DNA of 64,000 nt from an uncultured bacterium. Lineage in GTDB: Bacteria; Omnitrophota; Gorgyraeia; Ghiorseimicrobiales; Ghiorseimicrobiaceae. A program made the translations under genes and the position numbers. The stretch lies in contig CAJVXN010000001.1 in the NCBI GenBank assembly GCA_913009335.1, forward strand, positions 71,709 to 135,708, read 5' to 3'. Shown here piece by piece: positions 18,859 through 30,300 of the stretch; position 1 is the stretch's first letter, and the number at the start of each line of letters is the position of its first letter. The notes beneath the pieces were generated by a model. The model was not told the DNA's origin, made no database searches, and was given only the letters and a program-made list of their open reading frames with translations.

Positions 18859-19359
18859 TTATTCCCAATTCGTAATATCATCTGTGCCTTCTGCGCCATC
18901 TTTCCCTAATGAATAAAGATCATAATCAGTCCTATGTTCCCCCGGAGATTTATATTTATATTCTCTACCCCAGGCATCTATAGGTCTTTTCTCTAAATAT
19001 GGACCGTTCCAGTTGATAGCCGAGCTAGATTTACTAAGCAATGCCGCCAGGCCCTCCGATGTCGAGGGAAAATTACCATTATCTAACTCATAAAGTTTTA
19101 ACGCTGTAGCAATGTTCGCCTGAATATCAGTCTTAACCGCGGCAATTCTTGCCTGCTCACTCCTTCCGGTAAGCCTTGGTAATACCATAGCTGCCAATGC
19201 CCCGATAATCACAACCACAAGCATAAGCTCAATAAGAGTAAACCCCGTTAGAGATAAGGTACCGAAGGTGTCTGTCGGTCGTCTTCGACGACCTATCTCT
19301 AACGGGGTAAACCCTATTATCCGCGTGATTTTCTTTACCGATCTTCTAAAATTAATCAT
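18859..19359 (-). CDS. gspG: Major pseudopilin GspG with in-frame 23-aa insertion in the leader
   Basis: G|FTLIELMLVVVIIG, ALKLYELDNGNFPST.EGL.AL, WNGPYL, DAWGREY.Y..PG, DLYSLGKDG, DDITNW. Confidence 0.95.
   Translation of the reverse strand: MINFRRSVKKITRIIGFTPLEIGRRRRPTDTFGTLSLTGFTLIELMLVVVIIGALAAMVLPRLTGRSEQARIAAVKTDIQANIATALKLYELDNGNFPSTSEGLAALLSKSSSAINWNGPYLEKRPIDAWGREYKYKSPGEHRTDYDLYSLGKDGAEGTDDITNWE
19243..19307. mobile_element. Palindromic MITE-like element copy C (65 bp) in the gspG prepilin site
   Basis: Same IRs, TAAA duplication (19239-42, 19308-11), different interior with hairpin GGTCGTC-TTC-GACGACC. Confidence 0.88.
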
Positions 19360-19385
19360 TGCCCCCTCCATATTCTGATAATTAT

Positions 19386-20330
19386 TTATTCTCTCTCTAT
19401 CCCCGCCTCTTGCAACTCACTCTCTAAGTATTCCCGCCATCTATCTTCTAAATCTCTCAAATTTCGTATATAAGACGGATAAGCAAATCTGAATGCTTCT
19501 TCCAGTGATTTCCCGTCGCGTAGTTGACGGCAAAAATGAATGAATCTATCTGTTCCGTATCTCTGAATTAAAAATTCCACCACAGAAACAGACTGCAGAT
19601 AATACGTACTGACTAGTGTATTGGCATCTAAAAATAAAACTCCATCCGCCCCCTTCCTCGTGCGTATAGCGCGAATATAAACCCGCTCTATATCTTTAAG
19701 GCGCCTGACATCCAACGTCATTAAATCATCTATGGAAAGCAGCTTATCCTCCGAGTAAAACTGCATGGCCAGCTTTCTCATTTTAACTCTCTTTACCTCT
19801 TCTGACCACTGCGCGACACCTTCATCCAGCCATAAAGGTATCTCCCCTTTAAAGCCTACGAAATCACGAAATATCAAATGTGCTACTTCATGAGGAAGAA
19901 CAGATTCAATAAATTCCTTACTGAAAACATGGCTTGCAATAAACTTATCCGTATAACTAGCCATACCCTCGGACCACTCGGGTTGCCCGGTTGCCTTTAG
20001 AAAAGAACCCTGATCCGGATACATATAAATTTTCACCCTATTATCCCACAACCAAAACTCTGAATATCTGGGATACCCTAAATTTTTAGCAATCGTCAAA
20101 TAATACTTTTCCGATTTATTCAGTATTTCTTTCGCGAATTTTCCATCACCAGCATGATAAACAATAAAATGCTCGCTGCCTGATTGCTGCCAATCAATAG
20201 CAAGCAATATTTTAAAGGACAAAAAACAAAAAGTCAAAATTAAAAAAATGACCTTCGGAAAATTGATTTTTTTCATCCTTCTGTCGGATTTTAACCCAAA
20301 TTCCGGGTCTAATTTTCCATATCCTAACAT
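19386..20330 (-). CDS. Exported zinc metallopeptidase (MA clan / gluzincin-like)
   Basis: Signal peptide, SEHFIVY, PHEVAH (HExxH), PLWLDEGVAQW third-ligand motif. Confidence 0.8.
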   Translation of the reverse strand: MLGYGKLDPEFGLKSDRRMKKINFPKVIFLILTFCFLSFKILLAIDWQQSGSEHFIVYHAGDGKFAKEILNKSEKYYLTIAKNLGYPRYSEFWLWDNRVKIYMYPDQGSFLKATGQPEWSEGMASYTDKFIASHVFSKEFIESVLPHEVAHLIFRDFVGFKGEIPLWLDEGVAQWSEEVKRVKMRKLAMQFYSEDKLLSIDDLMTLDVRRLKDIERVYIRAIRTRKGADGVLFLDANTLVSTYYLQSVSVVEFLIQRYGTDRFIHFCRQLRDGKSLEEAFRFAYPSYIRNLRDLEDRWREYLESELQEAGIERE

Positions 20331-20333
20331 TTT

Positions 20334-21551
20334 TTATCTCGCCATTACATTAATCTCAAACACCGGAAGCAGCATCGCTACTACAATAAAACCCACAATA
20401 AGGCCGATTACCAAAATCATTAGCGGCTCTAACAAAGAAAACATCACCCGCATCTGCTCTTCAGTGTCGCGTTCATAGCTCGTGGCCACCTCTGCTAAGG
20501 ACTCCTGCAATCTACCTGATTCCTCCCCTACTATGATAAGATTACTCATAAAAGCCGGAATTAATTTTGAACTTTTAAGGCTCCTGCCGAATGAACCCCC
20601 ATGCTCTAATTCTTTACAACTCTTATCTATTACGCCTTTTAAAACCTCATTATCCAATACGGGTATAGACACATGAATCGCACTTAACGCATCAATGCCG
20701 CTCTTTAAGAGAAGCTCTAAGGTACGGCTAAAACGGGCAAGCTCTGCCTTAAGAATAAACTTTCCGAATACGGGAAAATGCAATTGAATCAAACTCATAT
20801 GCGCCTTTCCGGATTTTGTTTTAACAAAACGCGCTACTGTTAAAACAAAGGCCGTTAAAATTATAACTATCCAAAACCACCATCGCCGTAAACCCTCGCT
20901 TATCGCAATCAGCAGCTGCGTAGGTAAAGGTAAATTTTGCCCCATACTAGAGAATATTCCTGTAAGGCGAGGCATCACAAAAACAAGCATAAATATTACG
21001 GTTGCCACTCCTACTATACCCATAAGCACAGGATAAACCAAAGCCATCCGAAAACGGGAAAGCACCTCTTCTTGTTTCGTGCGATAATCCGCGACCCGCA
21101 ATAAAGACGCATCAAGCGAACCAGTATCTTCTCCGGTACGAACAATAGCAATATAAAGATTAGAAAAAACCCGGGGATATTTATTAAGTGCCGCGGAAAA
21201 CTCAAGTCCCTCTTTTATGGAATTATGTATATCAACTATAATACTTTTAAAATTACTGCTTTCTATCTGCTCAGAAATTATGTCCAAGGCATCCAGAATA
21301 GGCACGCCGGATTTTAGAAGACTTGCTAACTGCCGGCTAAAAATAGCAACATCCTTAAATTTCACTTTACCCGAACGCGTCCTTTTAGAGGATACCGCAC
21401 CCTGACCGGAATCGGTAAATTCCTTTACGCGGATAGGAAGGTAACCCATCTGGTGAATCTTTTCAATCGCATCATGCTCTGATTGAGCCTCAAGTTCTCC
21501 TTCTTTTATATCTTCCGGCCCTTTTTTCGCGCGATATTTATATATTGGCAT
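20334..21551 (-). CDS. gspF: T2SS/T4P inner-membrane core protein GspF/PilC
   Basis: MPIYKYRA, FSRQLASLLKSGVPI, ALVYP, LPLPTQ, GEESGRL, LLEP...AMLLPVF. Confidence 0.95.
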   Translation of the reverse strand: MPIYKYRAKKGPEDIKEGELEAQSEHDAIEKIHQMGYLPIRVKEFTDSGQGAVSSKRTRSGKVKFKDVAIFSRQLASLLKSGVPILDALDIISEQIESSNFKSIIVDIHNSIKEGLEFSAALNKYPRVFSNLYIAIVRTGEDTGSLDASLLRVADYRTKQEEVLSRFRMALVYPVLMGIVGVATVIFMLVFVMPRLTGIFSSMGQNLPLPTQLLIAISEGLRRWWFWIVIILTAFVLTVARFVKTKSGKAHMSLIQLHFPVFGKFILKAELARFSRTLELLLKSGIDALSAIHVSIPVLDNEVLKGVIDKSCKELEHGGSFGRSLKSSKLIPAFMSNLIIVGEESGRLQESLAEVATSYERDTEEQMRVMFSLLEPLMILVIGLIVGFIVVAMLLPVFEINVMAR

Positions 21552-21601
21552 AACATCCTCTCAAACCCCTCCTTTTTAAAACGCGTCCGGAAGGTTTTTA
21601 G

Positions 21602-23821
21602 TTAACCGCTTTTACATATTTTATTGATTCTATTTCTCTCGCTACTAGTCAAATCTAAAAAACAGGCCGCGATTTCATACCTCTCGCCAAGAGTGTTTTC
21701 AGTAGCTCTGACTATTCTGGCCAAACACTCTATGGGCGCCTTGCGATCAAGTAGTTCAATCTTTAATTCCAAAAAGGAGCCTAAGGCATACGGCTCATCC
21801 GCAATGAATAAAACTCCCCCCGCGCTTATATCCTTCGTAACGCTAAAGTGTTCGGGGGCATCATCACGTTTAGATACCTCTAGTTTTGTGCGAAAAACCC
21901 TGTAGCTTATGTTTATCGTAGAATCCAAGCGAGAAAAAACCCTCTTATCTAAAAAACTTAAATCCGGTTTTCGCTGCTCTAGCGCATCGAGGTTATTTTC
22001 TCCTTTTTTTCCGTCTATTTCTATTTTTTCCGCTTCAGACGGATAATCTTGTTCAAATTGTAATGTATTAACGGCTGCCTGCCGGTTATCCGATGTTAAT
22101 AAAGAAGTATCGGACGGGGTCAATCGCATAACCTCTTCAGGGGTGGTGACTCCTGAAATCACCTTGGCCCAACCGTCATGACGCAAAGTACGCATACCTC
22201 TTTGTATAGCGAGATTTTTTATTTGATTTGTAGAAACACGTTTAATAACCAGATCCTTTATCGAATCATCAATCAATAAAATCTCATATACGGATGTCCG
22301 GCCAAAAAAACCGCTAAAATTGCACGTTTCGCATCCTTTACCGCGAAAAATCTTTACTTTACTTTCAGACTTTAATCCAAGCTCTTGAGCAATCTGCTTT
22401 TTAAGTTCAACTGCCGCGTCCTTATCCTCATATTTACAATGCGGACAAATAACGCGCAATAGACGCTGCGCGATAAAGGCTTCTACACTGGAGGCAACTA
22501 AATAAGGTTCCAGCCCTATATCAAGAAGCCTCGCGATACCGCTAGCCGCGTCATTAGTATGCAGAGTCGAGAAAACAAGATGGCCGGTTAAGGCAACGCG
22601 TATGGCAATTTCCGCGGTTTCTAAATCTCTTACTTCTCCAATCATCATTATATCAGGATCGTGCCTTAGAACACTACGCAGGCCCCGCGCAAAATCCAAA
22701 CCAATCTCCGGCATAACCTGTATCTGCGTTACCCCTGTCATCTCGCACTCAATGGGATCTTCTATGGTAATAATTTTACGATCCTTGGTATTGATCTTGC
22801 TTAAGCAGGCATATAAAGTCGTAGTCTTACCTGATCCTGTGGGACCGGTAACAAAAATAATGCCGTGAGGTTCTTGAATTAGTTTTTCGAAAACATCCAG
22901 ATCTATTTTCTGTAAACCCAGCTTTTCCAGGCTATGCAGCATCTGGGTGGGAAGTATTCTTATTACGACACTTTCGCCGAAAGGCGTAGGCATAGTAGAG
23001 ATTCTCAGATCAAGTACTTTATCCTGAATTCTAACCGAAGTCCTGCCATCTTGCGGAAGACGCCGTTCAACAATATTTAACCTGCACATAACCTTAATAC
23101 GTGAAATAATCGCGCTCAAAAAACTAGCCAGCTCATCAGAGGCTTTTACATCAAGAAGTACGCCGTCTATGCGATAACGCAAAGCAACTCCTCCCCGATA
23201 CGGTTCAATATGAATATCGGTAGCGCGTTTCTTATAGGCATCTGAGATTATCTGATTAACAAGTTTTATTACCGAAGCTGCTCCCGCTACCTTTTCGATA
23301 TCCTCAATTTTTCCGCGACCTTTATGGGTAACTTCCGGCACTGCTTCAACGCCTTCAGACGTAATTTTATCAAGTATGGCAGCCGTTGAGCCATAATACT
23401 TCCTAAGCCCCTCCAAAATATCATACTGACGGCAAAGGACTATTTCAATATTATAACCAAGCTGCATACGTATCTCATCTTTTGTCTTTATATCCAACGG
23501 ATATGAGACTGCTATGGTCAAAATATTAGCCTTAATTGCAAGCGGCAAAAAACTATAATAAGAAGCGACTTTTATGGGAATTTTACTGATAACCGACTTA
23601 TCTATAGAAGCTGTTCTTAAATCCGTATATTTTAACTTTAATTTCTTCGCCAGTATTTCTAAGATATCCCGCTCAACAACTATTTGCTTTTTAATCAAAA
23701 CATTATTTAAGGTAAGCTCGGAAAACTCAACTTCCGTTACAACCGAATCCAATACTTCTTTCGAAGCCAATCCTGACTCAATTAATGCCTCGTATAAAAT
23801 TTTATCGTATTTATTAATCAT
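21602..23821 (-). CDS. gspE: Assembly ATPase GspE/PilB with C-terminal PilZ domain
   Basis: ATDIHIEP, LPQDGR, GPTGSGKTT, TIEDPIE, LRHDPD, TGHLVFSTLH, Cys4 motif. C-terminal RxxxR and DISAGG. Confidence 0.95.
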   Translation of the reverse strand: MINKYDKILYEALIESGLASKEVLDSVVTEVEFSELTLNNVLIKKQIVVERDILEILAKKLKLKYTDLRTASIDKSVISKIPIKVASYYSFLPLAIKANILTIAVSYPLDIKTKDEIRMQLGYNIEIVLCRQYDILEGLRKYYGSTAAILDKITSEGVEAVPEVTHKGRGKIEDIEKVAGAASVIKLVNQIISDAYKKRATDIHIEPYRGGVALRYRIDGVLLDVKASDELASFLSAIISRIKVMCRLNIVERRLPQDGRTSVRIQDKVLDLRISTMPTPFGESVVIRILPTQMLHSLEKLGLQKIDLDVFEKLIQEPHGIIFVTGPTGSGKTTTLYACLSKINTKDRKIITIEDPIECEMTGVTQIQVMPEIGLDFARGLRSVLRHDPDIMMIGEVRDLETAEIAIRVALTGHLVFSTLHTNDAASGIARLLDIGLEPYLVASSVEAFIAQRLLRVICPHCKYEDKDAAVELKKQIAQELGLKSESKVKIFRGKGCETCNFSGFFGRTSVYEILLIDDSIKDLVIKRVSTNQIKNLAIQRGMRTLRHDGWAKVISGVTTPEEVMRLTPSDTSLLTSDNRQAAVNTLQFEQDYPSEAEKIEIDGKKGENNLDALEQRKPDLSFLDKRVFSRLDSTINISYRVFRTKLEVSKRDDAPEHFSVTKDISAGGVLFIADEPYALGSFLELKIELLDRKAPIECLARIVRATENTLGERYEIAACFLDLTSSERNRINKICKSG

Positions 23822-23824
23822 CTT

Positions 23825-26518
<2,694 letters not shown>

Positions 26519-26534
26519 TAGGCAAAATCTCTAT

Positions 26535-28019
26535 TTACACCTTTTGCTTAAAATACTCTCTGAGATGTTCATTAAGTTTATTTTTTAAATCTTCGTTTAA
26601 TTCCTTTGTTTTTCTAAGCTCTGAGAAAAAATCCTTCTGGCGCGCTAAAATAAACTTAAAGATATCTTGCTTGAATTGTTTTATCTGTGAAACAGACAAG
26701 ACATCCAGCATGCCCTGGTTTAAAACATTCAGATAAACAATCTGCTCTTCCACGGCAATCGGTTTATTCTTATCCTGAATGATAAGCTGATTTATTGCCT
26801 CGCCTCTTTTCAGCCTAAGTTCCGCCTCTTGGGAAAGCCCTGTTGTTCGCAACTGCGTCATCTGCAAAAGTTCTTTATATTGAATGTAATCCAGCCTTAA
26901 TGTTTTACTTGCTTCCCGCATAGCCTTCCATTGCGCTTTATTGCCGATACGGGAAACCGAAAGCCCAAAATCAATAGCCGGCTTAAATCCCTTATTAAAA
27001 AGTGCTGTCGAAAAATATAACTGGCCGTCTGTCATAGAAATAATATTAGTCGATATATACCCGGTAACATCTCCCTGTAAAATCTCAACAATAGGAAAAA
27101 ATGTCATTGAACCACCACCTAATTCCGGCTTTAAGTATCCCGCGCGTTCCATTAACTGCGAATGAATATAAAATATATCTCCCGGATAAGCTTCTCTCCC
27201 GGGAGCACGCTCAAGCAGTAGTGATATTTGCCTGTATACCCAGGCATGTTTGGTCAGGTCATCAAAAACCACAAAAACATCCTTGCCCTTAGACATAAAA
27301 TATTCACCCAGCATACATGCCGTATATGGCGCTAAATACTGCTCCCCCGTAGACAAAGAAGCCACACCGCTTACTACTACCGTATAACTTAATGCGTCTT
27401 TTTCCATCAATGTTCGCACTACTTTCAAAAGACTGGAATAGGGTTTTCCAATACAACAATAAATACATATAACATCTTTACCTTTTTGATTCAAAATAGC
27501 ATCTATACCTACTGTAGTTTTTCCGGTAAGCCTATCTCCGATAATCAACTGACGCTGCCCTTTCGCGATAGGTATGATCGCGTCCAAAAGCAAAGCCCCC
27601 GTCTCAAACGTCTCCTTCAACGGAACACGCTCCATAACACCGGGTGCTACTTTAAATACGGGAAGAGTTTCATCCGCCCGAATGACTCCGAGATCGTCTT
27701 GCACCTCACAAAGTCCGTTTACTATGCGCCCGATAAAAGCATCCGACACCGGAAGATTTAAAGATCTTCCTTTATTGTATATCTCATCTCCGGCTCGAAT
27801 ACCGCCGGTATCACCCAAGACTAAAATCTGCACTTTATCTTCCGTAAAACCAAGCACCAAACCTAAAACACCGCTAGCAAACTCTACTATTTGCCCATTT
27901 ACGCAATATGGAAGGCCCGTGGCAATAATAACGAATTTACGCACAGACGCAACATGTCCGATCTCTTTAACATCAAACTTTCTATCGCTATTGCCTCTCT
28001 TTGGTTTGGTCTTATTCAT
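26535..28019 (-). CDS. atpA: F1-ATPase alpha-like subunit
   Basis: GQRQLIIGDRLTGKT, DDLTKHA, PGREAYPGDIFY, SMTDGQ, SVSRIG. Confidence 0.94.
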   Translation of the reverse strand: MNKTKPKRGNSDRKFDVKEIGHVASVRKFVIIATGLPYCVNGQIVEFASGVLGLVLGFTEDKVQILVLGDTGGIRAGDEIYNKGRSLNLPVSDAFIGRIVNGLCEVQDDLGVIRADETLPVFKVAPGVMERVPLKETFETGALLLDAIIPIAKGQRQLIIGDRLTGKTTVGIDAILNQKGKDVICIYCCIGKPYSSLLKVVRTLMEKDALSYTVVVSGVASLSTGEQYLAPYTACMLGEYFMSKGKDVFVVFDDLTKHAWVYRQISLLLERAPGREAYPGDIFYIHSQLMERAGYLKPELGGGSMTFFPIVEILQGDVTGYISTNIISMTDGQLYFSTALFNKGFKPAIDFGLSVSRIGNKAQWKAMREASKTLRLDYIQYKELLQMTQLRTTGLSQEAELRLKRGEAINQLIIQDKNKPIAVEEQIVYLNVLNQGMLDVLSVSQIKQFKQDIFKFILARQKDFFSELRKTKELNEDLKNKLNEHLREYFKQKV

Positions 28020-28752
28020 TAATCCTTGCTTTAGCCTGGATATCTTTCGCTTGCTGACGGATTTTATTACTCAAACTTCCATCTAGAACTAAATTTCCGA
28101 TAGTTACAATAATGCCGACGATAACCGAGGAATCTATCTCTTCTTTAAGACTTATGTCACGTTTTAACAATAGTTTTAATCTTTTAACTAAGCTTTTACG
28201 CACTTCCTGACTTAAAGGAAACGCGGAAATAACTTTTGCCTCTCGTATCCCATCGCCGACAGCCAAATCCTTAAGCTCATCAAATCCGTTTTTAATCAAA
28301 TCGTCTATCCAATATGATTGTGCCAATTTTTTAAAATCCAGCGGCAAGGAATCCCGCGTCAACTCACAGGCTTTTTTAATCGCTTCACCGGCTATTTTTT
28401 GCTCAATCTCCGCTATGAGACTCTTACGAGACTTATCTGCCTGCTGAATAAGATCATCACTTTGGATGTGCGCCTGATTTATTATTTTATCCCGCTCGCT
28501 TGTGATTTCCTTCCGGGCATCAAGCCTTATTTTTTCCGCCTCGCCGCGCGCCTGAGCTAAAATCTCACCCGATTTCTTTTCCGCGTCTTCCAACTTCTTG
28601 GCAGATTCGATTTCCTTGTTTTCGTAATCATGATTTAATTGATCAAGATGATCAGTGGCAGACGTGATATTTTTCGTCATTATCTTCCTGAATACATATA
28701 TAAGCACGCTAAAAACAAAAACTTGAATTATTATTAATGACGCGATTAACAT
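28012..28752 (-). CDS. Fused Fo subunit b / F1 delta-like peripheral stalk
   Basis: N-terminal TM, long coiled coil, C-terminal delta/OSCP-like VISAFPL...IDSSVIVGI...VLDGSL. Confidence 0.82.
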   Translation of the reverse strand: MLIASLIIIQVFVFSVLIYVFRKIMTKNITSATDHLDQLNHDYENKEIESAKKLEDAEKKSGEILAQARGEAEKIRLDARKEITSERDKIINQAHIQSDDLIQQADKSRKSLIAEIEQKIAGEAIKKACELTRDSLPLDFKKLAQSYWIDDLIKNGFDELKDLAVGDGIREAKVISAFPLSQEVRKSLVKRLKLLLKRDISLKEEIDSSVIVGIIVTIGNLVLDGSLSNKIRQQAKDIQAKARINE

Positions 28753-28855
28753 AGATTACCTCATTTTTTTAAATAAAATGTTATTTTCTAATTATATCAT
28801 ATTCGGCATGCAAGATAAAATGAATAATTACGCGACAAAAAGTTGTGCCGCCTAC

Positions 28856-28876
28856 TGTTGAGGCCAAGCCTCAACA
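28856..28876. other. Perfect 9-bp hairpin just downstream of the c-subunit stop
   Basis: TGTTGAGGC-CAA-GCCTCAACA. No adjacent U-tract, so more likely an mRNA stability or processing hairpin than a terminator. Confidence 0.5.
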
Positions 28877-28879
28877 ACT

Positions 28880-29098
28880 TTATTGCGCGGAAAATAGCTG
28901 AAAAACAATTAACATTGCCGCAAACGCCACCATCTGGGTCAATACCAACGCTATAATCATAGCTGTAAAAATTTTAGGAGCTGCCGAGGGATTACGGCCT
29001 AATGCCCTAATACTGGCAAAACTAGTAGCGGCAAACACCGCGCACGGCCCTAAAATGCATATTCCAAAAATTACAATAAGTGCTACATTACGACTCAT
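28880..29098 (-). CDS. atpE: Fo subunit c-like proteolipid lacking the ion-binding carboxylate
   Basis: 72 aa, two hydrophobic helices joined by the RNP loop; Gln55 at the position of the conserved Asp/Glu. Confidence 0.85.
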   Translation of the reverse strand: MSRNVALIVIFGICILGPCAVFAATSFASIRALGRNPSAAPKIFTAMIIALVLTQMVAFAAMLIVFQLFSAQ

Positions 29099-29137
29099 CT
29101 AACCCAGATTTTTTTATTAGAAAAATCTGCCCGTAGT

Positions 29138-29371
29138 TCAAGCTTCCTCAATTATTACTGTTACCTTATTTTGATCAACTCTTATGATCCCTCTACGTAT
29201 CAAAAGTCCTTCTCCGTCAATAAGTAATTTCCCGGAAATAAGACGGCTTAAAATACGCTTATGAAACGGCCCCACCTCAAATACCCCCTGTTCTCCGGGC
29301 ACAACGATACTTTTTACTTTACCTTTAAATACAATATTTTGAGGATTAAAAATAGAGACGTCTAGAAACAT
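29138..29371 (-). CDS. atpC: F1 epsilon-like subunit, beta-sandwich only
   Basis: VVPGEQGVFEVGPFH motif; 77 aa with no C-terminal helical hairpin. Confidence 0.85.
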   Translation of the reverse strand: MFLDVSIFNPQNIVFKGKVKSIVVPGEQGVFEVGPFHKRILSRLISGKLLIDGEGLLIRRGIIRVDQNKVTVIIEEA

Positions 29372-29378
29372 TTATATT

Positions 29379-30212
29379 TCAGCCCTCTTGCTTGTCGGAT
29401 TTAGGTTCTTTTTCTGTTTGCTTTTCCCCAAAAGCGGATTCTTTAGCATGCAAAAGTGAGTCTTTGGTAATTTGCGCCTGACGATGCCAAGTAAAAAAAA
29501 GTACCGCTGAAAGCAATCCGCTAAAAACAATTATACTAAAAATTACTATCCAGGTCATAGTTTTTGAAGGAGCATCTGCCTTTATCTTGCTATCTGCCAG
29601 CATTTCAGGAGCGGGTGGGCCCCCGGCAGTAACTAAAATCTTTTCCATTCTAAGAACATCTTTCTCTATCTCTTCCAAGGTAATTAAGCTCGCACGATAA
29701 GCACCGATATGCCGCTGGCGGCTAAGTGATTCATCGGACTGTTGCGTTCTGATTTCATTTAAACGCGGATAAATCGTATCGGCTAAATCTTTAGCCTTTT
29801 GATAATACTCTGAATCTTCCAACTTCCTAAGAATAGAATCCACGCGGTCGGAAAAAATAGAAAGCTTATCTTCTGAAACAATCCAAATATCCCTTACCTC
29901 TATTTCAAAAGTACTTATCTCTTTAGGGATAAGTTCAACTTGCTTTTTATAAACATAGTAAAGGGATTTATTGGTATCATATTCCAACTCAAGGCCCCCC
30001 AAATCTATAATATCTTTAGGAGTTACTTCTTGAGGTAAATACTTTTTAATCTCTGTGGTTTGCGTTTTTGTCGCGGAAGGATTAAGCACGATAACCTTAA
30101 AAGTAACGCTCTCGGCTGCTATTGTTTGCCTAAGGCCGACAAAACCAGACATCAAAAGGAAAAAAGAAAATACACAAACGGATTTTTTAATAAATGTTTT
30201 ATTTTTTTTCAT
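29379..30212 (-). CDS. Hypothetical exported protein with C-terminal membrane anchor
   Basis: Signal peptide, beta-rich domain (VLNPS...KYLPQE...VRDIW), helical domain, TM TWIVIFSIIVFSGLLSAVLFFTW. Confidence 0.8.
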   Translation of the reverse strand: MKKNKTFIKKSVCVFSFFLLMSGFVGLRQTIAAESVTFKVIVLNPSATKTQTTEIKKYLPQEVTPKDIIDLGGLELEYDTNKSLYYVYKKQVELIPKEISTFEIEVRDIWIVSEDKLSIFSDRVDSILRKLEDSEYYQKAKDLADTIYPRLNEIRTQQSDESLSRQRHIGAYRASLITLEEIEKDVLRMEKILVTAGGPPAPEMLADSKIKADAPSKTMTWIVIFSIIVFSGLLSAVLFFTWHRQAQITKDSLLHAKESAFGEKQTEKEPKSDKQEG

Positions 30213-30300
30213 ACCTGCCTGACCCTTTCAAGCCTAAATTACACATTTTAAGCAATGCTTGTTTTGTGTAATTTTCTTGAAGTTAAGTTTCAATTAAGAA

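Noticed and set aside
18103-19314. CRISPR array
   Set aside because: The repeats are inverted pairs inside genes with irregular spacing, and there are no cas genes.
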